The notes beneath the pieces are model-generated. The model was not told where the DNA came from. It searched no databases and saw nothing but the letters and a program-made list of their open reading frames with translations. A DNA stretch of 64,000 nt from positions 27 through 64,026 of the forward strand of contig DATASU010000014.1 in assembly GCA_036269095.1 (NCBI GenBank). The letters are read 5' to 3'. How positions within the stretch are numbered: position 1 is the first letter of the stretch; every line of letters starts with the position of its first letter. Source of the stretch: Solirubrobacteraceae bacterium (lineage in GTDB: Bacteria > Actinomycetota > Thermoleophilia > Solirubrobacterales > Solirubrobacteraceae). Positions 19,536-29,629 of the stretch are shown one piece after another. The translations under genes were made by a program, and so were the position numbers.

Positions 19536-20498
19536 ATGGAATATCGCCAGGTCGGTGATTCGGGGCTGACAGTTTCGGCACTCGGGCTCGGTTGTAATCG
19601 CTTCAGCATCAGGAGCGACGCCAAGCAGTCCGAGGCCATTGTCGCGACCGCAATCGAGTGCGGGATAACGATGTTCGATGTCGCCGACGTGTATGGCGAA
19701 CCAGCAGGTGCCTCTGAGGAGTACCTCGGCAAAGCGCTCAAGGGGCGTCGTGATGGCGTTGTGATCGCGACGAAGTTCGGAAATCCACCCAATGTCAGGG
19801 AGTCAGGGACGTCGCGCCGCTATGTGAAGCGTGCCGTGGAGGCGAGTCTGCGGCGGTTGGGCACCGATTGGATCGATCTGTACCAGATCCACGGGCCGGA
19901 TCGGCGAACCCCGATCGAGGAGACGCTGTCGGCACTGCACGATCTGATCACCGAGGGGAAGATCCGCTACGCCGGGACCTCGATGTGCTCGCCCTGGGAA
20001 GTTGTCGAGGGCCACTTCGTGGCGGAGATGAAGGCCCACCCGCGATGCATATCCACGCAAGCCCAGTACAGCCTGCTGCATCGGAATCCCGAACAGGACC
20101 TGGTCCGCGCCTGCGCGCGCTACAAGGTCGGGCTGATCCCGTTCTTCCCGTTGGCGCAGGGGCTGCTGACGGGCAAGTACACGAGCGCAGAGGCTCCACC
20201 CGAGGACGCCCGCCTGTCGAAGCTAACTCTCGACGCAGAGCGCGTGGACGTCATCACCGAGATTGCCGAGTTCGGCAACAAGCGCGGGATCAGCGTCCTC
20301 GATGTGGCGATCGGCTGGTTGGCGAGCAGGCCGACCGTCGCGACTGTGATCGCCGGGGCCACCAGTCCTGAGCAGGTACTGGCCAACGCTGCTGCGGTTC
20401 AGTGGTCGCCCACCGCCGATGACGTCCGTGAGCTCGATGAGATCGTCCCGCCGCCGCTGCAGCCGCTGCATCGCCAGCGGCCGGCGTTCACGAGGTGA
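19536..20498 (+). CDS. Aldo/keto reductase
   Basis: FDVADVYG, IATKFG, SLRRLGTDWIDLYQIH, PLAQGLLTGKY. Confidence 0.93.
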   Translation: MEYRQVGDSGLTVSALGLGCNRFSIRSDAKQSEAIVATAIECGITMFDVADVYGEPAGASEEYLGKALKGRRDGVVIATKFGNPPNVRESGTSRRYVKRAVEASLRRLGTDWIDLYQIHGPDRRTPIEETLSALHDLITEGKIRYAGTSMCSPWEVVEGHFVAEMKAHPRCISTQAQYSLLHRNPEQDLVRACARYKVGLIPFFPLAQGLLTGKYTSAEAPPEDARLSKLTLDAERVDVITEIAEFGNKRGISVLDVAIGWLASRPTVATVIAGATSPEQVLANAAAVQWSPTADDVRELDEIVPPPLQPLHRQRPAFTR

Positions 20499-20543
20499 CG
20501 ATGGCATCATCGCGCGGCAGCGGCTGCGACCGGCACCCAGACC

Positions 20544-21980
20544 TTGAGTGACTCGCATCGACGGCAGCTGGCTCTGCTGGTCGCGTGGTGCCTGTTCATG
20601 GAGCAGTTGGACGGCACGATCGTGACGACGTCGGCACCGCGGATCGGTTCCGCGCTGCATGTCGCCTCGACCGACATCGGGTTGGTCGTGACCGCTTATC
20701 TGATGACGCTTGCCGCGCTGATTCCGCTGAGCGGCTGGCTCGTCAGCAGGTTCGGGACCCGCCGGGTTCTCTTAGTCGCGATCGCGATCTTCACCACGGC
20801 TTCACTGCTCTGCGCCATGAGCACGAGTTTGGACGAGCTCGTCTGCATGCGGATCCTCCAGGGGATCGGTGGAGCGATGATGGTGCCAGTCGGCAGGCTT
20901 GCGGTGCTCGGCACAGCTCCGAAGTCGGAGATCATCAAGCTCGTTGCATATATCGTCTGGCCAGCGCTCGTCGCGCCGGTGATCGCGCCACTCGCCGGCG
21001 GGCTGATCACCACCTATGCGAGCTGGCGCTGGCTGTTTCTGATCAATGTGCCGCTCGGGGCGATAGCGCTTAGCGCCGCGGCGAGACTGGTGCCGCGCGT
21101 GTCCGCCGCGCGTTCTGCGCCTCCTCTCGATTGGACCGGATTGATACTGACGTGCACGTCTCTCGGTGGGTTGACCTACACAGCTCATCTGCTGTCGCTG
21201 ACGGGCGAATCGTGGCTCTCGGTTGGCATCGTCGGCGGGCTGACCGGCGTCTCGGTGGCAGCTGCCATCCGTCACCTCCTGCACGAGAGCGCGCCGCTGA
21301 TCAACCTCCGGACGCTCCGAGCAAGGTCGTTTCGCAGCTCGATTATCGGTGGCACGATGTTTCGAATCGCGATGAGCGCCGTGCCGTTCCTGCTGCCGCT
21401 CCTGTTTGAAAGTGTGTTTGGCTGGAGCCCAGTGAAGGCCGGTGCGGTGGTACTGGCATTGTTCGTCGGCAACATCGGCATCAAACCGGCGACGACCGGT
21501 CTCCTACAGCGCTTTGGCTTCAGGACGACGCTGCTGATCGCAACGGGTGGACTGGCGGCGACACTCGCCGCCACCGCGACGCTGACGGCCGCCACGCCGC
21601 TGGCCGTAATCGTTCTGGTCAGTGCGGTTGGCGGGGTCGCTCGCTCAATCGGTGCGACCGCGTACACGACGTTGGGTTTCAGTGACATCCCTGAGGCCGA
21701 GATGCCTGACGCGAACGGCCTGGCCGCCACCGCTCAGCAACTTGCTACGGCATTCGGCGTCGCCGCTGCGACTGTCGTGTTGAGGATCGGTCACTCACTC
21801 AGCAAGCCCCTCTTCAGCGACACTCGGCTATCAACGAGTTACAGCATCGCCTTCGCGACCCTGGCGATGCTCGCGCTGGTCGCCGCCGCGGGGGCCACCC
21901 GGCTGGGCCCCGAAGTCGGGAACGATCTGCGGCGGAGACGCAACTCCCTCAAGGCGGCTCCGGCGCGCCCGCGAACGTGA
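20544..21980 (+). CDS. MFS transporter (DHA2 type)
   Basis: FMEQLDGTIV, RILQGIGGAMMVPVGR, WRWLFLINVP. Confidence 0.92.
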   Translation: MSDSHRRQLALLVAWCLFMEQLDGTIVTTSAPRIGSALHVASTDIGLVVTAYLMTLAALIPLSGWLVSRFGTRRVLLVAIAIFTTASLLCAMSTSLDELVCMRILQGIGGAMMVPVGRLAVLGTAPKSEIIKLVAYIVWPALVAPVIAPLAGGLITTYASWRWLFLINVPLGAIALSAAARLVPRVSAARSAPPLDWTGLILTCTSLGGLTYTAHLLSLTGESWLSVGIVGGLTGVSVAAAIRHLLHESAPLINLRTLRARSFRSSIIGGTMFRIAMSAVPFLLPLLFESVFGWSPVKAGAVVLALFVGNIGIKPATTGLLQRFGFRTTLLIATGGLAATLAATATLTAATPLAVIVLVSAVGGVARSIGATAYTTLGFSDIPEAEMPDANGLAATAQQLATAFGVAAATVVLRIGHSLSKPLFSDTRLSTSYSIAFATLAMLALVAAAGATRLGPEVGNDLRRRRNSLKAAPARPRT

Positions 21981-22005
21981 AGGCCGGGTACAGCTCGCCA
22001 TCAGG

Positions 22006-23580
22006 TCACCAGACGGCAGTTGCGAGATCAGCAATCGGCGCGTCGGCGTGCGTCCATGCGACGAACTGGTCCGGGCGGATCAGCACCAGGTCCGAGTCGT
22101 AGTCCTCTCGACCCCCTCGGGCGCTGTCTCTTATCACGTTGAGCGGTACGCGCCGTGTTCGCGCAATCTCTTCGACCTCCGCGATATCGGTCTCACTGCC
22201 GTCGACTGAGAGCAGCGTGAAGCCCGACCCAAGCTCCTCGAAGACGTTGCGCCCGTTCGAAAGAGCCTGCGGTGCGAGGTGGTGCCCGGCGCGTGCTGCC
22301 ATCGAGTGCGTCGCGCTGAGCCCCACCTGGCAGTCCTCCGATCCACACACGATCGGTGAGCCTGCGTAGTGCGGCTCGAGTGCGAGCGGCCGCTGACTCT
22401 CCTCCGCCCAGCGCCTCCAAGCCACGTCGAACGCTGCCGTTCCCATTTTGGGGCTGTGCTCGTCACAGAACTGGCGCTCTTCGCGCATGGAGCCTACGAT
22501 CACGTCCTCGCAGGTGCTGAACGCGACCGGACGTCGCTCGAGCGTGTAGGAGTCGAGCAACTTCTCACCGCCCCAGCCTTCGAGCCAGGCCGAGAGTTTC
22601 CAGCCGAGGTTTGTGACGTCCTCGAGGCCCGTGTTGAGACCGAAGCCGCCGTAGGGCGGATGGCTGTGCGCGGCGTCGCCGGCCACGAAGACTCGACCCT
22701 GTCGATAGGTCTCGGCGACGGCGGTACGAAGGCTCCAGAAGCCAATGTGGCGGTATCGCGCCTCGAACGAGACGCCGGCAGCTCGTTCCATCGTCTGATG
22801 TACGACGTCCACGTCCATCCTGCTCGTTTGGTGCGGAACCGGAGCGTGAAAGAAGAAGGAGTTTTCTGCTTCGACACGTCCCCAGAAGTGCCAGGCCCCG
22901 TTCGCCTGCGGTGAGACCGCGTGAAACGTAGTCCTCTCGCCGAAGCGCGCCGTGTGCGAGTGGAAGCCCTCGGAGTCGAACACGGCTAGCACCATGCGCG
23001 TATCGAAGTCGGTCCCGCTGCGGTCGACGCCGAGCCCAGCCAGAACCGTCGATGCGGCTCCATCACAACCAACCACGAAGTCGGCCTCCAGGTACGTGCT
23101 GTGGTGTGGATCGTCAGGGGGCGAGATCTGCACGCGAGTGCCGTTGTCGTCCTGAGAGACAGCGGTGACGGTGTGTTCGTAGAGCAGGCTGACACTGGCG
23201 AGTTCCGCGACGCGCCGCCGCAGAACCGCCTCGGTCAGGTATTGGGGCACGCGATCGTTCTTCTGGAAGTAGAAGCGGTGCAGTTGATCTCGCGCCGCAC
23301 CGTAGGGATGCCAGAAGTCTGTGTTCAAGCTTCCGTACGCGAGCACGCCCCCGATTGGGTAGCCATCGGGGAGAAGGCGTATGTTCCGCAATTCCTCGAG
23401 GCAGCCCCAGTAGTAGAAGTGTTCCAAGGTCCGATGGGTCAGGCCCTGGCCCTTGGGCAGCAGGCCGACGTCCCGCCCGCGCTCGATGACGGCAACACTG
23501 ACATCGCGCTGGCCGAGATCGACGGCCAGCGCCATACCGACTGGGCCGCCCCCTACGATGATCACCTGAAAGCGCTGCAC
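22006..23580 (-). CDS. FAD-dependent monooxygenase (PheA/TfdB family)
   Basis: GGGPVG, VGCDG, VAGDAAH..PPYGGFGLNTG, LIRPDQFVAW. Start uncertain (23580/23601/23610). Confidence 0.9.
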   Translation of the reverse strand: MQRFQVIIVGGGPVGMALAVDLGQRDVSVAVIERGRDVGLLPKGQGLTHRTLEHFYYWGCLEELRNIRLLPDGYPIGGVLAYGSLNTDFWHPYGAARDQLHRFYFQKNDRVPQYLTEAVLRRRVAELASVSLLYEHTVTAVSQDDNGTRVQISPPDDPHHSTYLEADFVVGCDGAASTVLAGLGVDRSGTDFDTRMVLAVFDSEGFHSHTARFGERTTFHAVSPQANGAWHFWGRVEAENSFFFHAPVPHQTSRMDVDVVHQTMERAAGVSFEARYRHIGFWSLRTAVAETYRQGRVFVAGDAAHSHPPYGGFGLNTGLEDVTNLGWKLSAWLEGWGGEKLLDSYTLERRPVAFSTCEDVIVGSMREERQFCDEHSPKMGTAAFDVAWRRWAEESQRPLALEPHYAGSPIVCGSEDCQVGLSATHSMAARAGHHLAPQALSNGRNVFEELGSGFTLLSVDGSETDIAEVEEIARTRRVPLNVIRDSARGGREDYDSDLVLIRPDQFVAWTHADAPIADLATAVW

Positions 23581-24031
23581 CGCGTTTCCCACCTCCTTCA
23601 TCGCCGCCACCGGGCCAAGGCGCGCAGCCCAGTGTGCGCACTCCGCTGGTGGCTCAGGGCAGTCCTCGCCAGGTCGTTGGCGCGGGCGACGATAGTATTC
23701 CTTTCGGTTTCTATCAAGTGCACTACCGATCTTGATGGCCGTCTCAGATCGAGTGAAATGGCGTCATCCCGCATGCTGGGTCGCGGTCACGGCGCCGCCT
23801 GGGTGGGCACCTGACGGCAGGACCGCCGGATACCCCCGGCTTGTCAACGACGCTCGATAGTCGCCAAAACGCCAGGCTTGCTAGGCGATTCGCGCCGCCG
23901 CCACAGAGTTCAGATCGGCCGCGGTCCCGAGTCTGGGAGCGCTCACATGCGGCTGGCGTCAAGTCGCGCCACGTGGTGTCAGGCTCGCGATGGCGAGCCC
24001 TGTCGCGAGAGCGAGCCGCCGGTCCGCGATT

Positions 24032-24075
24032 GTAGCCTTTCTACGTACACAGGGCTGTGTTTGTAGTACAGTTAC
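24032..24075. promoter_or_regulatory. Tandem GTAG-N5-(C/T)TAC motif copies
   Basis: GTAGCCTTTCTAC at 24032-24044 and GTAGTACAGTTAC at 24063-24075, upstream of the 24113 operon. Confidence 0.55.
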
Positions 24076-24112
24076 GCACACGCCGCAATTACTCTCGAGG
24101 GGGAGGCTCGCT

Positions 24113-25435
24113 GTGCAGATCGAAACGCACTCGGAGAGTGCAGACCACAACGTTCATGAACTGACGCCAACGGGCAAGGGCATGGACCTTTCGTTCCTTC
24201 AAAAGCCGCACGAGCACGATCCGCGGCGGGTCTTCAGCACCACGGGAACCGATTGGCAGGCTCGGGTCGACTTCGATCGCCTTCGTCGCGACCGACTCGC
24301 GCGCGCACGCATGAAGATGGAGGAACACGATCTCGGCGCAGTTGTCTGCTTCGTCGGAGAGAACGTCCGCTACATCACCAGCGTCTTTCAGGGGAACTGG
24401 AAGAACAACATCTTCATCCGCTACTGCGTGCTTCCCCGCGGCGGCGATCCGGTTCTGTTCGAAACCGCTGGGTCCGATTTCGAGTGCGCAAAGATCGACG
24501 CTCCGTGGCTGAACGGCAACATCCGCCCGGCAATCACGTGGAAGTGGGCCGAGACCGCAGAGACGATGATGGCGGACAAGATGGTCAGGTCAATCGTCGA
24601 CGTACTCCGCGAGAATGGCGTCGAGAACGAAAAGATCGGAATCGACACCGCCGATCCGTCCGCGATGGCGGCCTTTGAGCGCGCTGGTCTGAGCATGGTT
24701 AGTGCCTGGCCCGTGATGTCGGGAGCGCGAGTCATCAAGACCCCTGATGAGCTCGAGTGCCTCAAGATCTCCAGCGCGATCGGGGATACGTCTTTCTGGA
24801 AGATCGAGAACGAGTGGCTGAAGCCAGGTGTGAAGGAGAGCACGATCACCGCGAAGGTCAACGAATACCTGTACGAGCAGGGGTTCGACTTCGTCTACGA
24901 CATCATCGTCGCGTCGGGCGGCAACACGAGCCCCTACCGGCGCTGGCACACGGACAAGGTCATCCGGCAGGGTGACCTCGTGATCATCGATCAGAACGCT
25001 GTCGGTCCGGGCGGATACTTCGTCGACTTCGTCCGCTGCTTCAAGGTCGATGCGCCACTGACGCCGCGTGAGAAGGACCTGTACAAAGAGTGCTACGAGT
25101 CGATGTACGCGGCGATCGAGATGATGAAGGCCGGAAACACGACGGCTGACGTCGCCGCCAAGCTTCCGCGCTATGCGGACGATGAGCACGGAACGGTGAC
25201 GCTCCAGCAGTTTGCTCACTCGATCGGACTATCGCTCTACGAGGGCATGTGGATCAGCCGTGCGTACTCGCTCGACTACCCGGTCGAACTCGAAGAGAAC
25301 ATGTACTTCGCGTGCGAGACGTTCGCCGGACACCCGGGACTCGAGCAGACAGTTCGTCTGGAAGAGAACCTGCTCGTCACCAAGGACGGGCCGGTGATCT
25401 TCACCAAGCATCCGTTCTACGACGAAGCTCTTTGA
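24113..25435 (+). CDS. M24 family protein, metal ligands intact (paralog C)
   Basis: IID...YFVD, AHSIG, ACET, RLEEN; GGGGGAGG RBS before GTG. Confidence 0.9.
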   Translation: MQIETHSESADHNVHELTPTGKGMDLSFLQKPHEHDPRRVFSTTGTDWQARVDFDRLRRDRLARARMKMEEHDLGAVVCFVGENVRYITSVFQGNWKNNIFIRYCVLPRGGDPVLFETAGSDFECAKIDAPWLNGNIRPAITWKWAETAETMMADKMVRSIVDVLRENGVENEKIGIDTADPSAMAAFERAGLSMVSAWPVMSGARVIKTPDELECLKISSAIGDTSFWKIENEWLKPGVKESTITAKVNEYLYEQGFDFVYDIIVASGGNTSPYRRWHTDKVIRQGDLVIIDQNAVGPGGYFVDFVRCFKVDAPLTPREKDLYKECYESMYAAIEMMKAGNTTADVAAKLPRYADDEHGTVTLQQFAHSIGLSLYEGMWISRAYSLDYPVELEENMYFACETFAGHPGLEQTVRLEENLLVTKDGPVIFTKHPFYDEAL

Positions 25436-25582
25436 CGGCGCCGTGCTCCTCCACGGACTGCCAATCGAGCGTCGCTACGAAAACCTCATCGTCAGCGGCG
25501 CTGTGGCCAACAGAGCGGTTGGCGTTGCCATAACGGCGACGCCAACCGGCGGCTACAGGCTGACCAGGCATTGCAGTCAACG

Positions 25583-26356
25583 ATGAGCGAGGGCCCCACC
25601 TATCCAGACCTGCGGGGCAAGACGGCGTTTGTCACCGGTGGGTCGAAGGGAATCGGCCGTTGCGCGGCGCAGATGCTCGCTGCCAACGGTGTCAACGTCG
25701 CGGTCGTCGCCCGCGGTGCGGCGGAGGTGGATACGACCGTCGACGAGCTGCGGGAGGCGGGCGCAGAAGCGATCGGGGTTACTGCCGACTGCACGAGCGC
25801 AGAACAGCTGGAGGACGCCCGGCGAGTGACCGAGGACAAGCTGGGGCCGGTCAACATCCTGATGGCCTTCGCGGGTGGGTTCGGGGCCCGCACACCGGTG
25901 CAGGACATCACCGAGGCCGAATGGCATCACGTGATCGAGTCGAATCTGACGTCCACTTTCCTGACCGTGAAGACCTTTCTGCCGGGGATGATCGAGCGTC
26001 GCGCAGGTTCGATCGTGACGATGTCCTCCAACGCCGGCCGGTTGCTCGATATCACCTTGACCGCTTCTTACGCGGCCGCCAAGGCGGGGATCGCGATGTT
26101 CACACGGCACCTCGCCAAGGAGGTGGGGGAGTACGGGATCAGGGCCAACATCATTGCGCCGGCGACGTTGGCCACCGACCGCGTCAAGGGAGTCATGGAC
26201 GAGGAGATGCTCGGACGTATCGGCGCGATGGCGCCGCTGGGCCGCATCGGGCGCCCCGAGGATGCTGCGCTTGTCGCGCTTTTCTTGGCCTCAGAGTCTG
26301 CAGGTTGGCTCACCGGAATTACGATCGACGTTGCCGGCGGAAGGATCATGCTGTGA
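25583..26356 (+). CDS. SDR family oxidoreductase
   Basis: TGGSKGIG, YAAAK, GRIGRPED. Confidence 0.93.
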   Translation: MSEGPTYPDLRGKTAFVTGGSKGIGRCAAQMLAANGVNVAVVARGAAEVDTTVDELREAGAEAIGVTADCTSAEQLEDARRVTEDKLGPVNILMAFAGGFGARTPVQDITEAEWHHVIESNLTSTFLTVKTFLPGMIERRAGSIVTMSSNAGRLLDITLTASYAAAKAGIAMFTRHLAKEVGEYGIRANIIAPATLATDRVKGVMDEEMLGRIGAMAPLGRIGRPEDAALVALFLASESAGWLTGITIDVAGGRIML

Positions 26357-27327
26357 TGAGAACCGACGTTCACAACCACGCCATGCCGGCGAATGTTCTC
26401 GATCTGCTGCGCAGCGATCCTGTGTACGAGGTCAAGATCGACGGCGATCGCTGGCTCGGCATCCATGGACCGTTCACGATTGCACCGACTTTCGTGGACG
26501 CGGACGCCAAGCTCGCCGAGCTCACGGCCCGGGGACTCGACGCGGCCGTTGTGTCGGTCACGCCGCCGCTCTTCTACACCGGCCTCGCGCTCGAGCCACT
26601 GCTCGCGGTCTGTGAGCAGGCGAACATCGGTCTTGCCGAGTTCCAGAAGCGCCATCCCGACAATTTCCGCTGGTTCGCGCATGTGCCTCTGGGACACCCC
26701 GAGAGCGCGGCTGAGGTCCTCGCCCACGCGGTCGCTGCGGGCGCGGTTGGCGTGGAGATTCCCAGTTGCGTTCAGGGACGTCGGCTCGACGAACCCGAGT
26801 TCGAGCCCTTCTGGGACGCACTTGGGGAGCTCGGCGTTCCGGCGCTGATGCATCCTTTTGACAATGCGCCGCACCAGGGGCTCAACGACTGGCACATGCA
26901 GAACGTGATCGGAAACCAGCTCGAGACGACCGTCGCGGCCGAGCGTCTGATCTGCGCAGGCACGCTGGATCGCCATCCAGGGGTGCGAATCATCTTGGCT
27001 CACGCGGGCGGTTACCTGCCCTACCAACTCGGCCGGCTTCGCCATGCGCGGATGGCCGTGGGCGCGCTGGCTGATACGCCGACCGATCACTGGGGCTACT
27101 TCGGTCAGCTTCTGATCGACACGATCGCGCACGATGTGGCCGCGCTCCGCTACGCCGTCGACAGAGTCGGGGTGGAGAACGTAGTGATCGGGACCGATCT
27201 GCCGTTCGACATGGCGACCGGCGAGCCATGGAGGGAGCTCGTCGAGGCGGTGGGCGAGGATGCCGCCCGCATCATCGCCGAGCAAAATCCGGAACGCGTC
27301 CTCGCCGGGCAACGCATATCGCGATGA
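26356..27327 (+). CDS. Amidohydrolase-2, ACMSD-like decarboxylase/hydratase (paralog 1)
   Basis: DVHNH, MHP, AHAGG, GTDLPF. Confidence 0.88.
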   Translation: MRTDVHNHAMPANVLDLLRSDPVYEVKIDGDRWLGIHGPFTIAPTFVDADAKLAELTARGLDAAVVSVTPPLFYTGLALEPLLAVCEQANIGLAEFQKRHPDNFRWFAHVPLGHPESAAEVLAHAVAAGAVGVEIPSCVQGRRLDEPEFEPFWDALGELGVPALMHPFDNAPHQGLNDWHMQNVIGNQLETTVAAERLICAGTLDRHPGVRIILAHAGGYLPYQLGRLRHARMAVGALADTPTDHWGYFGQLLIDTIAHDVAALRYAVDRVGVENVVIGTDLPFDMATGEPWRELVEAVGEDAARIIAEQNPERVLAGQRISR

Positions 27328-28607
27328 CCGCGCCGATGAACGAGAGCCCCGGCAACCCCCGCTGGCGCAGCGACCTTGCCGAGTTCGCACATGGTCAGTT
27401 CCGGGTCGATTACGAACATCGGCCGGATCCTGACGAGCTCCGGCAGATGCGGATCGCGCGGGCGCGCGAGCAGATGGCAGCGGCGGGAATCGACGCGCTC
27501 CTCTGCTGGAAGGATGAAAACGTTCGCTACCTGACGTCGTTGCGAGCGCAGATCATCTCTGGCAAGAGCGCGGTGCTGAATGGCTGCCTTCTGATCGACG
27601 GTGTCGATCCCATTCTGCTGGCTTCCGGGGGAGAGGTGCAGCGCGCTGAGGGCGTGATGCCGTGGATCGAGGAGATCCACGCCGTACCGATCATGGAGGC
27701 GCGCGGACTCGTTCGGCGCGCCGTGGAGCACACGATCGCGCCGCTGCTTCGCAAACACGGCGTCGCGAAGCTCGGCGTTGATGAGCTTGCGTTCTGCCAG
27801 TACGAGGCGCTGAGCGAACTGACGTCGGTGACGCTGGTCGACGGGGACGCGCCGATGCTGGCAGCGCGAAGGGTGAAACTCCCCCAGGAGATCGCCCTGA
27901 TGCGCGAGGCGTGCGCTATCGCCGAGGCGGTGCAGTACGCAGCCGAAGAGGCGATTCACCCCGGCGCGCGCGAGACGGATGTCGTTGCGGAGGCCATGCG
28001 CGAGCTCTACCGGCTCGGCGGTGAAGTGCCGCACGTCGCCACTCCATTCGTCGCGTCCGGCGAGCACATGAGTCCGCCGAACCGGATTGCGTCCGACAAG
28101 ATCATCTCCGCTGGAGATGTCGTGTTCGTCGACATCGGGGCGCAATGGTCGGGCTACTTCGGCGACATGGGCCGAACCGTCATCTGTGAGCGGCCGAGCC
28201 GGCGCCAGCAGGAGGTCTACACAGCGGTCTATGAAAGCCTCGCGGCGGCAACCGCGACGATGCGCGCCGGTAACACCAACGATGACGTTGCGGCCGCTGT
28301 GCACGAATGCGCACAGCGTCGCGGACTCTCGGAGCACTTCATCAGCCTGTTCATCGGGCACGGCGTCGGAATCGGTGCGAACGAGCCTCCCTACATCGGT
28401 GAGGATCTTCCGGGAGCCGAGACCGTGGTGCTCGAGGAGGGAATGACCTTCGCCGTCGAGCCATTGATCTGGGTGCCGGGTGTGCGCGGGGGCGGTGGTG
28501 TCCGGCTCGAAGACACAATCATGGTCGGGCGAGATGGCGGGATCCCGCTCTCACGAGCGCGCTTCGACGAGCGTCTGTTGCTTGACGACGTCAGGGACTT
28601 CGGATGA
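27324..28607 (+). CDS. M24 family protein, metal ligands intact (paralog D)
   Basis: VDIG..GYFGD, GHGVG, AVEP, RLEDT. Confidence 0.9.
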   Translation: MTAPMNESPGNPRWRSDLAEFAHGQFRVDYEHRPDPDELRQMRIARAREQMAAAGIDALLCWKDENVRYLTSLRAQIISGKSAVLNGCLLIDGVDPILLASGGEVQRAEGVMPWIEEIHAVPIMEARGLVRRAVEHTIAPLLRKHGVAKLGVDELAFCQYEALSELTSVTLVDGDAPMLAARRVKLPQEIALMREACAIAEAVQYAAEEAIHPGARETDVVAEAMRELYRLGGEVPHVATPFVASGEHMSPPNRIASDKIISAGDVVFVDIGAQWSGYFGDMGRTVICERPSRRQQEVYTAVYESLAAATATMRAGNTNDDVAAAVHECAQRRGLSEHFISLFIGHGVGIGANEPPYIGEDLPGAETVVLEEGMTFAVEPLIWVPGVRGGGGVRLEDTIMVGRDGGIPLSRARFDERLLLDDVRDFG

Positions 28608-29629
28608 CACAGGGATGGGGAATCGTAGGCACCGGTCGAGTTGCTGACGGGTCCGTTGCTCCTGTGCTCGAAGATCTGAGCGGCGCGACGCTCGTCGCAT
28701 CTGTGAGCCGCGACTTCTCGAAGGCAACCGAATTCGCGAGTCGCCATGGCGGCCGTGCGTATGAGCGTTATGACGAATTACTTGCCGATGAAGCGGTAGA
28801 CGTCGTGTATATCGCGACACCGAACGCGCTGCACGCGGAACAGATCCTCGCGGCCGTCGAGGCTGGGAAGCATGTGTTCGCCGACAAGCCGCTGGCACTG
28901 ACGCCAGAGGACGCTGCGCGGGTGGTGGTCGCGTGCGAGGCGGCGGGCGTCAAGCTGGGCATCAACTTCCAGACCCGCCACCAGGAGGGCATGGCCGAGA
29001 TCCGGAAGTCGCTCCAGGACCAGGAGATCGGTAGGCCGTTGATCGTCGAGTGCGAGGTCAGCCCCGGGGCGGGCGGGCTGCGTGGTTGGCGCACGGACCC
29101 CGACGTCGCAGGGCTCGGAACGATCAACAACCTCGGTGTCCATGCCTACGACCTGCTGCGCTGGTTGCTAGGCCAGGAGATCGTCGAAGTAGCCGTTCTC
29201 ACCGACGCCGCGCGAAGCCGCGAGATGGAGACGATTGCTCTGGCCCTGCTGCGCTTCGAGCACGGGACGCTGGGCTACGTCAACGCAAATCAGGCGGTGC
29301 GGGATCACCAGCCGGACCTCGTCATCTATGCGACAGAGGGGCGCATTACGGGTCGCTCGATCACGCGACCGAACATCGCGAGCGGTGAGATCAGGGTTAC
29401 TACGGACGTCGCAGAGCGCGTCATCCACACCCAGACGCTCGATGCGTTCAAGCGGTCGGTGGCGGCGTTCAACGATGCCGTCCAGCGCGACGAAGATCCG
29501 ACCCCATCGGCGCTTGACGGACTGCGCAGCGTGGAGCTGACCGCGGCGATGCGGACGTCGGCTCGGGAGGGCCGGAGCGTCGCGGTTTCGTACAGCACAC
29601 CGCAAGAGATCCTGGAGAGGACCGCATGA
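28604..29629 (+). CDS. Gfo/Idh/MocA oxidoreductase (paralog of 13162)
   Basis: WGIVGTG, IATPNALHAEQ, GKHVFADKP, GVKLGINF, GWRTDPDVA. Confidence 0.92.
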   Translation: MTQGWGIVGTGRVADGSVAPVLEDLSGATLVASVSRDFSKATEFASRHGGRAYERYDELLADEAVDVVYIATPNALHAEQILAAVEAGKHVFADKPLALTPEDAARVVVACEAAGVKLGINFQTRHQEGMAEIRKSLQDQEIGRPLIVECEVSPGAGGLRGWRTDPDVAGLGTINNLGVHAYDLLRWLLGQEIVEVAVLTDAARSREMETIALALLRFEHGTLGYVNANQAVRDHQPDLVIYATEGRITGRSITRPNIASGEIRVTTDVAERVIHTQTLDAFKRSVAAFNDAVQRDEDPTPSALDGLRSVELTAAMRTSAREGRSVAVSYSTPQEILERTA

